Numbered from the stretch's first letter, positions 17,887-27,296 are shown. The stretch is 64,000 nucleotides of DNA from an uncultured Candidatus Saccharibacteria bacterium (GCA_964598205.1 CAZRBB010000001.1:156199-220198), one strand, 5' to 3'. A program made the numbers and translations. Notes: generated by a model not told the origin, from the sequence alone.

Positions 17887-18453
17887 TTACTTCATTGTGA
17901 AAAATTTAAAAAGAATATGGTGCCGTTTTTGAATCATCTTTTTGGCAAAATCAAAAAATATTTTTTTATTATAATCTCTGTCTAATTTCTCTAATGCCCA
18001 CTTTCTAAAGCTCCCCAAGTCTTGATCTCTGGTAATAAGAATATGCAGATAAAAGTCATTGATGTAATGAGACATTGCGTCTGCCGAGGCAAGAATTTTT
18101 CCTTCTATGATTTTCGGAACCAAATGATTATCTTCGCAAGTATGGGTTAGAATTATTTCTTTAACGTGCTCTATTGTTTTTTCTGAATATCCAAATTGCT
18201 TCATTACTTTTTCTGCTTCCATGGCTCCCACTTTTGCATGATCACCTTTCAATCCCCTTATTCTTTGTAAATCGTGCAACCAAACACCAAGCAAAACAAT
18301 CTCTCCATTAGCCTTAGGTAATTTTTTTAAAATTTCTTTTGCAAACTTCTCAACACCCAATAGATGAACGCTATAAAACCATTTCCTAACAAATCCCAAA
18401 TTAAGACATTCGTCTTTTACTAGGCTTTTTATTTGGTTTATTTTATTGTTCAT
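17887..18453 (-). CDS. HD-domain metal-dependent phosphohydrolase
   Basis: H...WLHD...H...H...AD pattern. Confidence 0.85.
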   Translation of the reverse strand: MNNKINQIKSLVKDECLNLGFVRKWFYSVHLLGVEKFAKEILKKLPKANGEIVLLGVWLHDLQRIRGLKGDHAKVGAMEAEKVMKQFGYSEKTIEHVKEIILTHTCEDNHLVPKIIEGKILASADAMSHYINDFYLHILITRDQDLGSFRKWALEKLDRDYNKKIFFDFAKKMIQKRHHILFKFFTMK

Positions 18454-18458
18454 GGTTT

Positions 18459-19298
18459 TTAACGCAAATATTCTTTATTCCTTAATTTTGGAAAAAAACT
18501 ATTACCAGTCACCACTTTCTTGCCGGTTTTTTCTTCCAGTTCTAGCCGTGCATTTTTAGCTATCTGTCCGCCTCTTTTTGCTGGAACCTTGTTTTCTTTT
18601 AATCCCTTAGCCTTTATTGTTTCTGCTATTTGCCGTGTAGATAATTCAGCGAGAGCGGTAAATACCAGCTCTGCATCCGTTAAATGATCACGCAAATTTC
18701 CCCGTTTTATGTTTTTCAGGGCTTTGTGCTTCTTAATTGTTAAATCGCTCCACTCCTGATGGATAATATTTGTCAAAATAGCGTACTCGTCTTTTTCTTT
18801 GACTTTATTACTTTTCCAATAATCAGTTAACTTATTTCTGATTTCCTGACCCATCATTCGTTGCTGGATCCATTTTTGACTTCGGCCCATCTTTTGCCAA
18901 TAATTGCGCGAACGATTCAGTGCTTTTTCTGGATTGGATATTTCTTGGATTCTTTCATAGCCAACCCTAGCCAACCAAATTTTAATTGGTTCCGCTTTTG
19001 AACTTGGTACGGATTGAATAAGGCGCAATAAATGCTCTGGGCTTCCGGCTAGAATTTTTCTTTTTTTACCATTTTCCCCGATCATTTCTACCTGGGGACA
19101 ATTTGTCCCTAGGTAATTGGCGAGTAGATGATCTCTTTTCCTTAATTTTTTTAAATAATCCGTTGGATTGACGCTGTTAGTAAGCACTTTAATAACATCC
19201 ACAACTGAAAAATACCATTTTTCTTGTTTTTCATTCCAAGCTCGGCGGATTTTTTTACCTTCAAAAATAGCTAATTTTTTTTTATCTTTTTTCATCAC
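18459..19298 (-). CDS. BRO-N domain protein (phage antirepressor-like)
   Basis: IRRAWNEKQEKWYFSVVDVI, RLIQSVPSSKAEPIKIWLA, NLRDHLT. Confidence 0.85.
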   Translation of the reverse strand: MMKKDKKKLAIFEGKKIRRAWNEKQEKWYFSVVDVIKVLTNSVNPTDYLKKLRKRDHLLANYLGTNCPQVEMIGENGKKRKILAGSPEHLLRLIQSVPSSKAEPIKIWLARVGYERIQEISNPEKALNRSRNYWQKMGRSQKWIQQRMMGQEIRNKLTDYWKSNKVKEKDEYAILTNIIHQEWSDLTIKKHKALKNIKRGNLRDHLTDAELVFTALAELSTRQIAETIKAKGLKENKVPAKRGGQIAKNARLELEEKTGKKVVTGNSFFPKLRNKEYLR

Positions 19299-19371
19299 GA
19301 TTCAAAATTTAAAACTCTTAAAATCCTATCACACAAATAATAAAAAAGTTTTAAATAAAAAAAGTAAAACT

Positions 19372-19461
19372 TGGCGGAGAGGCAGGGATTTGAACCCTGG
19401 GTACTCTTGCGAGTACACTTGATTTCGAGTCAAGCCCATTCGACCACTCTGGCACCTCTCC
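19372..19461 (-). tRNA. tRNA-Ser(CGA), CCA encoded
   Basis: GGAGAGG...CTTGA-CT-CGA-AA-TCAAG, long variable arm, GGTTCAAATCC, CCTCTCCGCCA. Confidence 0.95.
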
Positions 19462-19533
19462 AAGAAATATTCAACAGATTTAATCTAGCACTATAAAAAT
19501 TAATCGATAAGCATTTAAGAGGAATATCTCGTG

Positions 19534-19679
19534 TTTTTTAAAGCCAATGTTTTTTAAGGAGGCCCCTTGTTCTCTCCTACTAAAGTTTAAGCTTTTTAGG
19601 CAAAAGAGAAAAAGAACAAGGTGGAGCGAGGCCCGGTCGAGCGCGAGCGTACTCCGAAAAAAATATTGGCTTTAAAAAA
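19534..19679. repeat. Palindromic intergenic element family B, copy 1 (between two tRNAs)
   Basis: Outer arms tttttaaagccaatgttttt / aaaaaatattggctttaaaaa; inner ccttgttc / gaacaagg; core ggagcgaggcccggtcgagcgcgagcgtactccg shared with 22270. Confidence 0.75.
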
Positions 19680-19758
19680 GAAACATAGATTTTTAAAAGA
19701 AAAAGCCGAGCGTCTCTTAGAGAGACAATTTGAATAGTTATTGGCCAGTTTCCAAATG

Positions 19759-19832
19759 CGCGCCCGAGAGGATTTGAACCTCTGATCTCTGGCTTCGGAG
19801 GCCAACGCTCTATCCAGCTGAGCTACGGGCGC
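19759..19832 (-). tRNA. tRNA-Arg(CCG)
   Basis: GCGCCCGTAGCTCAGCTGGATAGAGC...TTGGC-CT-CCG-AA-GCCAG...GGTTCAAATCC...CGGGCGCG. Confidence 0.95.
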
Positions 19833-19921
19833 AATTGATTATTGTAATCCCTAATCCTAATAAACTGCCATCTATTTTTACCGCTATTTTTTGTTTTTGC
19901 CTAGCTGTTTTAGAAATCAAC

Positions 19922-20041
19922 AGGACTTCTCCATTTGGTGTAGTTCAAGGCAAAACCGAGTAAGCGAGCGACGCGTAATTATGTTACGAAGAGCGAGCGA
20001 CGGAGGTTTTAACGAAGAAATGCACCAAATGGAGAAGTCCT
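19922..20041. repeat. ERIC-like palindromic element family A, copy 1 (overlaps rlmN 3' end)
   Basis: Arms aggacttctccatttggtg / caccaaatggagaagtcct; 83-nt core 19942-20024 identical to 21515-21597. Confidence 0.9.
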
Positions 20042-21037
20042 ATTTCCCGCTAATTGACCACAAGCCGCATTAATACTAGTTCCGCGGCTTTTCCGTACAA
20101 CTACCTCTATCTGCAACTTTTCTAATTCTTTCCTAAAAGCCATCACTGTTTCCTTGGAAGCTGGCTTAAAATCACCGACTGGGTTGCCACTTAAAAGATT
20201 GACCATAAACAAGCCACCCAAGCCCTTTTTTAAAAGTCTCCCCAATTCTTGGGCATCGGCAGGGGAGTCGTTTATTCCCAAAAACAAGGCGTATTCAATC
20301 ATTATTTTACGACGCCTGATTTTTAAATAATCGCGCAAAGCTCCTAGAACCTCTCTTGTCGGATTAGTTATTTCTACCGGCATATATCTTTGTCTTTCCG
20401 CACTATTAGAAAAATGCAGGGAGAAAGCTAAATTTACCTGCCAGTCTTCTTGGGTAAAGGCGCGAATTCCTTCTGTAATACCGGCAGTAGAAACGGAAAT
20501 TTTCCTAGCACCAATATTCAAACCCTCTGGATCATTAATTGCTAGAATCGCTTTTTTTACTTCTTCATAATTCAAAAACGGTTCGCCCATTCCCATAAAA
20601 ACCACGCTCGTTATTTTTTGGTTCTCCTTTTTTAATTCGCGCGCCCAAAAAATAAGTTGCAAAAGAATTTCCCAATTAGTTAGGTTTCTTTTGAATCCGG
20701 CCTGACCAGTAGCACAAAAAGTGCAAGCCAATTGGCAACCAGCCGCCACCGAAACACAAACCGAATTGTTGCCTTCACTGCCTTTAATTAAAACTGTTTC
20801 TACTCGTACTCCGTCAAAGGTTAAGACCGCTTTTTGAGTCTGGTTATCCGTATCCGCTTTTTTTTCAACATCAATACTCAATGGCAGATCTTTTCCTAAT
20901 TCTTCTTTTAGTTCCTTGGGCAATACGGAAACTTGTTCCCAAGAATCAAAAAGGGAAACAAAAATAGCGCGCTTAATCTGTGCCACACGGAAGCGGGGAA
21001 GTCGGCTTAAAATATTAACTAGCTTTTCTTGGTACAT
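20009..21037 (-). CDS. rlmN: 23S rRNA m2A2503 / tRNA m2A37 radical SAM methyltransferase
   Basis: CQLACTFC, MGMGEP, SLH and AACGQL motifs. Confidence 0.93.
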   Translation of the reverse strand: MYQEKLVNILSRLPRFRVAQIKRAIFVSLFDSWEQVSVLPKELKEELGKDLPLSIDVEKKADTDNQTQKAVLTFDGVRVETVLIKGSEGNNSVCVSVAAGCQLACTFCATGQAGFKRNLTNWEILLQLIFWARELKKENQKITSVVFMGMGEPFLNYEEVKKAILAINDPEGLNIGARKISVSTAGITEGIRAFTQEDWQVNLAFSLHFSNSAERQRYMPVEITNPTREVLGALRDYLKIRRRKIMIEYALFLGINDSPADAQELGRLLKKGLGGLFMVNLLSGNPVGDFKPASKETVMAFRKELEKLQIEVVVRKSRGTSINAACGQLAGNRTSPFGAFLR

Positions 21038-21122
21038 TTTTTAAAAATCAATCAAACAATCAACCTCACCGCAAATCAGAGCTCGGCCTTGCTCTAATAA
21101 ATTCGTGTCGTGTAATTTTAGC

Positions 21123-21458
21123 TTAGGTTAAACGGTAAAGTAGAGAGATAGAAACAACGGCCAGGAATAGCCCCAAAATCTCTATTGGTAAAAGTTGCTC
21201 TTTAAAGTAAAAAACGCTGATTAAGGCAGAAGAAATTATAAAAGTGAGAGTAAAAATAATTCCAGCGTTTAAGAATTCCATTTTTTTAAAAACAAAGAAC
21301 CAACCAAAAACTGAGAAAAAGTAAATTAAACCGGCCACTCCCAGAAAGATCGGTACGGAAAAAACTTGTTTTAACGCCGCTTTCTTTATTAAGAGGTCCG
21401 CAATAACAATCAAGAAGCTAAAAGATAAAATGACCGGTAGGATACTAAATTTTCCCAT
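21123..21458 (-). CDS. Small 4-TM DMT/SMR/EamA-like membrane protein
   Basis: Four hydrophobic helices, F..E...G C-terminal pattern. Confidence 0.65.
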   Translation of the reverse strand: MGKFSILPVILSFSFLIVIADLLIKKAALKQVFSVPIFLGVAGLIYFFSVFGWFFVFKKMEFLNAGIIFTLTFIISSALISVFYFKEQLLPIEILGLFLAVVSISLLYRLT

Positions 21459-21493
21459 GGCGATTTTTTACTTTTTATGGAACTGTTTGGCTG

Positions 21494-21615
21494 GGACTTT
21501 GTGTATTTGAATGCAGTTCAAGGCAAAACCGAGTAAGCGAGCGACGCGTAATTATGTTACGAAGAGCGAGCGACGGAGGTTTTAACGAAGAAATGCATTC
21601 AAATACACAAAGTTC
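21494..21615. repeat. ERIC-like palindromic element family A, copy 2 (immediately downstream of clpP)
   Basis: Arms actttgtgtatttgaatgca / tgcattcaaatacacaaagt; same 83-nt core as copy 1. Confidence 0.9.
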
Positions 21616-21617
21616 AT

Positions 21618-22193
21618 TTATTTAATAATTTTATCTATTACGCCATACTTCTTGGCTTCTTCCGCGCTCATGTAGAAATCACGATCAGTGTCTTTTTCTA
21701 ACTGTAATATTTTTTGACCGGTAGTTTGCGCTAAAATTTTATTTAATTTTTCTTTGGTTTTTAAAATGTGCCTAGCAGAAATTTCTACATCAGAAGCTTG
21801 ACCTTCGGCACCACCCATTACCTGATGAAGCAGGACTTCTGAATTAGGAAGAGCCAGTCTTTTTCCTTTGCAACCAGCAGAAAGCAGTACCGCCGCCATG
21901 CTAGCAGCAATACCCACGCAAATTGTGGATACATCACATTTTACATAATTCATGGTATCAAAAATTGCCAAACCAGCAGTAACGCTTCCGCCAGGAGAAT
22001 TAATGTAAAGCTTAATATCTTGTTCCTTGTTTTGGCTTTCCAAGAAAAGAAGTTGGGCAATAATAGTATTGGCAGTAGGGTCGTCAATAGCACCAGAAAG
22101 AAAAACAATTCTTTCTTTTAAGAGGCGAGAATAAATATCGTAAGCTCGCTCTCCGTATTGTGATTTTTCAATAACAGTAGGTATAAGATTCAT
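21618..22193 (-). CDS. clpP: ATP-dependent Clp protease proteolytic subunit
   Basis: [28 protein letters not shown]. Confidence 0.98.
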   Translation of the reverse strand: MNLIPTVIEKSQYGERAYDIYSRLLKERIVFLSGAIDDPTANTIIAQLLFLESQNKEQDIKLYINSPGGSVTAGLAIFDTMNYVKCDVSTICVGIAASMAAVLLSAGCKGKRLALPNSEVLLHQVMGGAEGQASDVEISARHILKTKEKLNKILAQTTGQKILQLEKDTDRDFYMSAEEAKKYGVIDKIIK

Positions 22194-22269
22194 AAAATTA
22201 AATTAAAATATTATTCGATAAGTTTAGTATATCCTCTTGACTGGCATCATTTCCAAGCAGATGTCTTTA

Positions 22270-22381
22270 GAGGAGGCTCCTTGTTCCCGCCCATTAAGCT
22301 CCAAGCTTTTTAGAGAGAACAAAACAGGAACAAGGCGGAGCGAGACCCGGTCGAGGTCGAGCGTACTCCGAAAAAGAATAT
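22270..22381. repeat. Palindromic intergenic element family B, copy 2
   Basis: gaggaggctccttgttc...aagcttttta...gaacaaggcggagcgagacccggtcgaggtcgagcgtactccgaaaaa. Confidence 0.75.
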
Positions 22382-22424
22382 CGTCTTAGGGAAGGCTCTC
22401 TGTGTTAACTTGTGGTCGCATTGC

Positions 22425-22494
22425 TGATTCTTGGGAAGACTCGCGTAGGCAGACTCAGAGCCTTGTCTGCCCAAGCGAGTCTTCCCAAGAATCA
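22425..22494. repeat. Long hairpin family C (apex AGAC-TCAGAGCCTT-GTCT) downstream of tig
   Basis: 20-bp perfect arm tgattcttgggaagactcgc / gcgagtcttcccaagaatca plus 7-bp apical stem. Confidence 0.8.
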
Positions 22495-22501
22495 AGCGCT
22501 T

Positions 22502-23797
22502 TTAAACCTCCAAGAATTCTTTCTTTAACCAAGCAATCACCTTCTGTTTACTCAAAAAGTTTTCGGCATAGGCTTTGACTCGCTCTGGATCTATATCTTT
22601 AGTTTCGGCCCCGCTTTGACGGAATTCGTTGAGCAATTTTTCTGTTTCTTTTTCTATTTCTTCTTTTGTGGCGCTGATTTCTTTTTCTTTGCCGATGGTC
22701 ATTAATGCTAGTTCGGTCTTAACTCTTTTTTTGGCATCATCGTGCCAATCACCTAAAAGAGCCTTTTTGGTTGTTTTTACTTTTTCCAAATAAGTTTCCA
22801 AGGAAAGTCCCATATGGGTAAGCTGGTTTTCTAGTTCCGAAAGCATTTTATTTTTTTCTTCTTCCACAAAAACATTGGGAATTTCCGTCTTGGTTTCTTC
22901 GGCAATCGTCTTTATTAAATCCTCTAATGATTCATGAATCATTTTTGCTTCCTTTTCGTTTCTTAGATTATTTCTTAGGCTTTCTCTTAAATTTTCTGCA
23001 CTGGTAAAACGACCCAGTCCCTTAGCAAAGTCATCGGTTACTTCTGGTAGCTCTTGTTCCTGTACTAATTTCATTAAAATCTCGAACTCTCCTTTTTTAC
23101 CTTTTAGATTGTCGTCGTAATAATCTTTAGGAAAATCAAGAGAAAAATTTTTCTTTTCTTCGGCTTTTAATCCAATTAGTTGATCTTCAAAGCCGGGAAT
23201 AAATTTTTCTTCGCCAATAACCAGCGGATGATTCATGCTAGAACCACCCTCCACCGGCACTCCAGAGAAAGAAAGCTTAAAGTTTATTTCTACCAAGTCA
23301 CCCTTCTTAGCTTCACGATTCACAGTAACTGTTTTGGCTCGTGATTTTCGCAGATGGTCTAAGACTTTAGTTGTTTCTTCTTCTGTAATTTTAATTTCTT
23401 CTAAATTTGGTTTTTTAAATTTTAATTTTTTAAGATCTGGTAGTGTTATTTCGGGGAAAACACTTATTCGGGCTTCGTAAATCAAACCGGTTTCTGGGGA
23501 ATTTTCTTTAACATCTATTTTAGGGGAACCAAAAATATCTAGCTTTTTCTCCAAAAGAGCTGCTAAAAATGTTTTATTGATTGCTGTTTCTAAGACTTCT
23601 TTTTTAAAACCTTCTTCTCCGGCCACTTTTTTCACTGCTTCTACGGTAGCCTTGCCAGGGCGGAAACCAGGGAGAGGGTTTTTCTTGGAATAAATCAACG
23701 CCGCTTTTTTGGCAAAAGAAGCTAGTTCCTGTTTAGAAATGTTTATTTCTAAAATAATTTCTGATTGAGGTAAATCTTTTAGGGTAACTTTTGGCAT
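22502..23797 (-). CDS. tig: Trigger factor
   Basis: PGFRPGK ribosome-binding motif; FKBP domain FIPGFEDQLIG. Confidence 0.95.
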   Translation of the reverse strand: MPKVTLKDLPQSEIILEINISKQELASFAKKAALIYSKKNPLPGFRPGKATVEAVKKVAGEEGFKKEVLETAINKTFLAALLEKKLDIFGSPKIDVKENSPETGLIYEARISVFPEITLPDLKKLKFKKPNLEEIKITEEETTKVLDHLRKSRAKTVTVNREAKKGDLVEINFKLSFSGVPVEGGSSMNHPLVIGEEKFIPGFEDQLIGLKAEEKKNFSLDFPKDYYDDNLKGKKGEFEILMKLVQEQELPEVTDDFAKGLGRFTSAENLRESLRNNLRNEKEAKMIHESLEDLIKTIAEETKTEIPNVFVEEEKNKMLSELENQLTHMGLSLETYLEKVKTTKKALLGDWHDDAKKRVKTELALMTIGKEKEISATKEEIEKETEKLLNEFRQSGAETKDIDPERVKAYAENFLSKQKVIAWLKKEFLEV

Positions 23798-23801
23798 AGG
23801 G

Positions 23802-24734
23802 TTATTTTAATTTCTTTTCGAATTCGGGAACAATCTGTTTTTTACGGGAAACTACTCCGGGCAGCCGAAGCATTCCTTCTTCTAATTTGGCATTAGGAAA
23901 AACTTTTCTGGCCGCTTCTTCTTCCTCTCTGCCAATCAACAAAAGATCAGTGTGACTTTTTAAAATATCTACAATCCCCAAAAATATTAAGTCCAACTTT
24001 TCTTTCTTCTTATGCTCAGAAAGCGCTTTTCTTAATTTCCTCTCCAATAACAAGGCCCCTTGGGAATCAACTGTTTCTAAAACCCCGATTCCGGTTTTAA
24101 ATTGACCAAACCGAAATTTTTTGTAATCGGTGGTAATAATTTTCTTAGGCGGAATACCAGACAAGTCCGATTTGGCTTGAAACATTTCTTTGGCTAGTTG
24201 GTCAATATTAACACCAGAAACGACAGCTAATTCTTGAGCTATTTGTTTATCTTCTGTGGTTGTAGTGGGAGAGGAAAAATTCAGAGTGTCGGAAACAATA
24301 CCGGCTAAAAGCAGACCAGCTGTTTTTTTGTCTAAAGTTATTCGCCAATCGCAAGACATCTTGTAAACAATAGAAGAAGAACTTCCCAGTGGCTCCACTC
24401 TAAAAAAAATCGGATATTCCTTTTTAAAATTAATAGAAAGCTTGTGATGATCTATTAAGCCTTCAACGATTACCTTAGAAAAAAGAGCGGGAGATTGTTC
24501 CTCCTCGTTAAAATCTACTAAAAAAACTTTTTCCCCTTTTACCAGTGCACGCTTTTGTGGTTTTTTAAAATCAAATTTTTTTAAAACCAATTCAGTTTCC
24601 CTGTTTGGCTGATCAGAAATAATGGCCTTGGCGTGGTAACGACCGGCCTTGGTTAAAATTTTTGCCAAGACCAAAGAGGCGACCGTGGCATCGGTATCTT
24701 GGTTGGTGTGCCCTAAAACGGTAATTTTTTCCAT
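23802..24734 (-). CDS. ppaC: Manganese-dependent inorganic pyrophosphatase (family II)
   Basis: GH.N.DTD, LVD, IDHH, SDT and GVVSRKKQ. Confidence 0.93.
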   Translation of the reverse strand: MEKITVLGHTNQDTDATVASLVLAKILTKAGRYHAKAIISDQPNRETELVLKKFDFKKPQKRALVKGEKVFLVDFNEEEQSPALFSKVIVEGLIDHHKLSINFKKEYPIFFRVEPLGSSSSIVYKMSCDWRITLDKKTAGLLLAGIVSDTLNFSSPTTTTEDKQIAQELAVVSGVNIDQLAKEMFQAKSDLSGIPPKKIITTDYKKFRFGQFKTGIGVLETVDSQGALLLERKLRKALSEHKKKEKLDLIFLGIVDILKSHTDLLLIGREEEEAARKVFPNAKLEEGMLRLPGVVSRKKQIVPEFEKKLK

Positions 24735-24744
24735 TTTTCTTGAC

Positions 24745-26049
24745 TTACTTCTTAGGTTTTTCTTCTTCTTTTTTCCCCTTGGTCTTTTTCTTTGCTTTCT
24801 TTTTAGGTTTTTCTTCTGCCGGAACTTCTTTTTCTATTTCTTCTGCCGTTGCTTTTGGATTTGTTGCGACTTCTTCATTCTCCACTTCCAAAAGATCAAC
24901 ATCTTCTGAATTAACAATATCAACCTTCCAATCGGTTAAGCGAGCGGCTAATCGAACATTCTGACCGCGTTTACCAATGGCCAAACTTAATTGATCGGGA
25001 TCAACTACTACGGTTGCCGTTTTTTCGGCTTCCTTTATTTCCACGAACTTTACTTTAGCTGGAGACAGGGCATGACTAATAAAAATTTCTGGATCTTCAT
25101 TGTATTCAATGATGTCTATTTTTTCTCCACCAAGCTCGTCTATCACTGATTGGACTCTGATTCCCTTTTGACCAACACAAGACCCAATCGGGTCAACGCC
25201 TTCTTCTTTAGATCTTACGGCGATTTTTGAGCGAGAACCAGCTTCTCTGGCAATAGAAAAAATTTCCACCGCTCCAGAAAAAATTTCTGGCACTTCTAGA
25301 GAAAACAGCTTGGCTACTAGCTTAGGATTGGAACGAGACAAAACCACGGTGGTATCTCTAAGGTCTTTATTCACTCTTTCCACATAGACCTTGATTCTTT
25401 GACCGGCGCGATAGTTTTCTTGACTAACTTGTTCTTGTGGTAAAAGGACACCAATCATTTTGCCAAGATCCAAAAATACATTGCGGTTTTCTACCCGCTG
25501 AACAGTAGCGGTTACCACTTCTCCTTCTTTGTTTTTGAACTCGGTATAAAGATTTTCTCTTTCCGCTTCTCGTAATCGCTGAATAATAACCTGCTTGGCG
25601 TTTTGGGCGGCCACGCGACCAAATTGGTTCTGAGTTTCTAGTTCTATTTCTAATTCTTCCCCTAGTTCTATTTCGGAATTTGTTTTTTTAGCCTCTTCCA
25701 AAAGAATGTCTCTTTCCTTATTAAACCGTGGAGTTTTTTCTGTTTCGTCTTCTCTTTCTTCTCTAAATTCAGATTCGTTTTCCGTTTCTTCTTCTGGAAT
25801 CTCTTCCATATTACGAGTAGTTTCGTCTACTACTTCCTTGATTTGAAAAAAAGCGGCAGTTTGTTTTTCGGGATCAAATTTGGAACGAATAATCTGACCT
25901 TTCTTGCCGTAATCTTTTTTGTAAGCGGCGGCTAAAGATTCTTCCACAATTTCCATTACTTTTTCTTTGGCTAGACCCTTTTCATCACAGACTAAGGAGA
26001 TGGCGGCGGAAAGCTCTTTTAGGTTAATGTTTCCAATAGCTTCATTCAT
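24745..26049 (-). CDS. nusA: Transcription termination/antitermination factor
   Basis: FGRVAAQNAKQ, S1 and KH domains, LSLAIGKRGQNVRLA. Confidence 0.97.
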   Translation of the reverse strand: MNEAIGNINLKELSAAISLVCDEKGLAKEKVMEIVEESLAAAYKKDYGKKGQIIRSKFDPEKQTAAFFQIKEVVDETTRNMEEIPEEETENESEFREEREDETEKTPRFNKERDILLEEAKKTNSEIELGEELEIELETQNQFGRVAAQNAKQVIIQRLREAERENLYTEFKNKEGEVVTATVQRVENRNVFLDLGKMIGVLLPQEQVSQENYRAGQRIKVYVERVNKDLRDTTVVLSRSNPKLVAKLFSLEVPEIFSGAVEIFSIAREAGSRSKIAVRSKEEGVDPIGSCVGQKGIRVQSVIDELGGEKIDIIEYNEDPEIFISHALSPAKVKFVEIKEAEKTATVVVDPDQLSLAIGKRGQNVRLAARLTDWKVDIVNSEDVDLLEVENEEVATNPKATAEEIEKEVPAEEKPKKKAKKKTKGKKEEEKPKK

Positions 26050-26114
26050 CTGATTTTAGTTTTAAAATTTATGGTTAAATAAGGAAGTGCACCAAACACA
26101 TAAGCTCTTGCTTT

Positions 26115-26143
26115 AAAAAAAAGAATCCGGTCCCAGCCGGATT
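26115..26143 (-). terminator. Intrinsic terminator-like hairpin in the nusA 5' leader
   Basis: Minus strand AATCCGG-CTGGGA-CCGGATT-C-T8, between promoter and nusA start. Confidence 0.65.
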
Positions 26144-26169
26144 AATAATCTTTCTTCACTTCTTCCTTG

Positions 26170-26198
26170 AGTTTAATGGGAAAGGGGGTGACTGTCAA
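26170..26198 (-). promoter_or_regulatory. Sigma70 promoter of nusA
   Basis: Minus strand TTGACA-17 nt-TAAACT. Confidence 0.7.
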
Positions 26199-26229
26199 TA
26201 AAGCTAGGAATTTTTTAATAAAAATTGAA

Positions 26230-26296
26230 AAATAACCCAATAACTATTTTAAACAGAATTGAGTTGCTTCTGTTTAAAATAGTTATTGGGTTATTT
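26230..26296. repeat. Perfect 29-bp inverted repeat with 9-nt loop
   Basis: aaataacccaataactattttaaacagaa-ttgagttgc-ttctgtttaaaatagttattgggttattt. Confidence 0.9.
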
Positions 26297-26318
26297 CCTC
26301 TTCTACATAAAAATGCTC

Positions 26319-27287
26319 TTACAAAATCCAATTAAACAAATATCCCGTAAAAATTATGCCGATTCCCACAACGCCAGCAAAAATAAAGATCAATTTGATT
26401 TTCATCACCTTTTTTAAAATCATAAACTCCGGCAAAGACAATGCCGTTACGGCCATCATAAACGCCAGTGTTGTTCCTAGGGCAACGCCTTTTTCCACCA
26501 AGGCACTAACCAGTGGAATAATTCCAGCCACATTAGAATAAAGCGGAATGCCGATTAAAACTGCTAGTGGCACGGCATACCATTTATCTGCTCCGGCGTA
26601 CTTTGCCAAAAAATCAGTCGGCACATAACCATGAATCCAAGCACCTAAGCCAACCCCGATAATAATATATGGCCAAACTTTTTTAATAATATCGATAGTA
26701 TAACTTTTTGCGTAACTAATTCTTTGCTCCCATGTCATTTCCGGTAATTTCAGTTGGTCATTGAATTTTATTTTGTACACAAATTCTTCTACCAAGCTTT
26801 CTACCCTAAGATGCCCAATCACAATTCCCGAAAGAATAGCAATCACTAGTCCGCTTGTAATGTAGAGTAGGGCAATCTTCCAGCCGAATAATCCAAAAAG
26901 CAAAACCAACGCCACCTCGTTGATCATTGGTGAAGCGATTAGAAAGGAAAAGGTTGTTCCCAATGGCACGCCGGCTTCTAAGAAACCTAAAAACAGTGGA
27001 ATTGCCGAGCAGGTGCAAAATGGAGTGATTATCCCTAAGAGTGCCGCTAGGATATTACCAAAATATTTCTTGTCTTTGGCTAAAATTTTTCTAATTCTTT
27101 CTGGCGGAAGGAATGATCTAATAATCGAAACTGTAAAAATAATAACAATGAGCAAAAGAAAAATCTTGATCGTATCGAAGATAAAAAAATTGACAGCACC
27201 AGCCAGGAGCGTTCCAGGAGCAATATTAAAAATGGAGTAAGTTAGCCAGTCGGCAAATAATTGAACAGGATAAAATATATTAGTCAT
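26319..27287 (-). CDS. ArsP/DUF318 family permease (organoarsenical efflux-like)
   Basis: TPFCTCSAIP, FLIASP.INE, IGIPLYSN, ALSLPE. Confidence 0.9.
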   Translation of the reverse strand: MTNIFYPVQLFADWLTYSIFNIAPGTLLAGAVNFFIFDTIKIFLLLIVIIFTVSIIRSFLPPERIRKILAKDKKYFGNILAALLGIITPFCTCSAIPLFLGFLEAGVPLGTTFSFLIASPMINEVALVLLFGLFGWKIALLYITSGLVIAILSGIVIGHLRVESLVEEFVYKIKFNDQLKLPEMTWEQRISYAKSYTIDIIKKVWPYIIIGVGLGAWIHGYVPTDFLAKYAGADKWYAVPLAVLIGIPLYSNVAGIIPLVSALVEKGVALGTTLAFMMAVTALSLPEFMILKKVMKIKLIFIFAGVVGIGIIFTGYLFNWIL

Positions 27288-27296
27288 AAGTTTTAA

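Noticed and set aside
15418-19298. Prophage suggested by the BRO-N gene
   Set aside because: No integrase, structural, replication or lysis genes.
19168-20073. Short ORFs 19168-19422, 19596-19805, 19891-20073 (also 22310-22495)
   Set aside because: They overlap tRNAs or palindromic repeats; their mutual similarity is explained by the DNA repeats.
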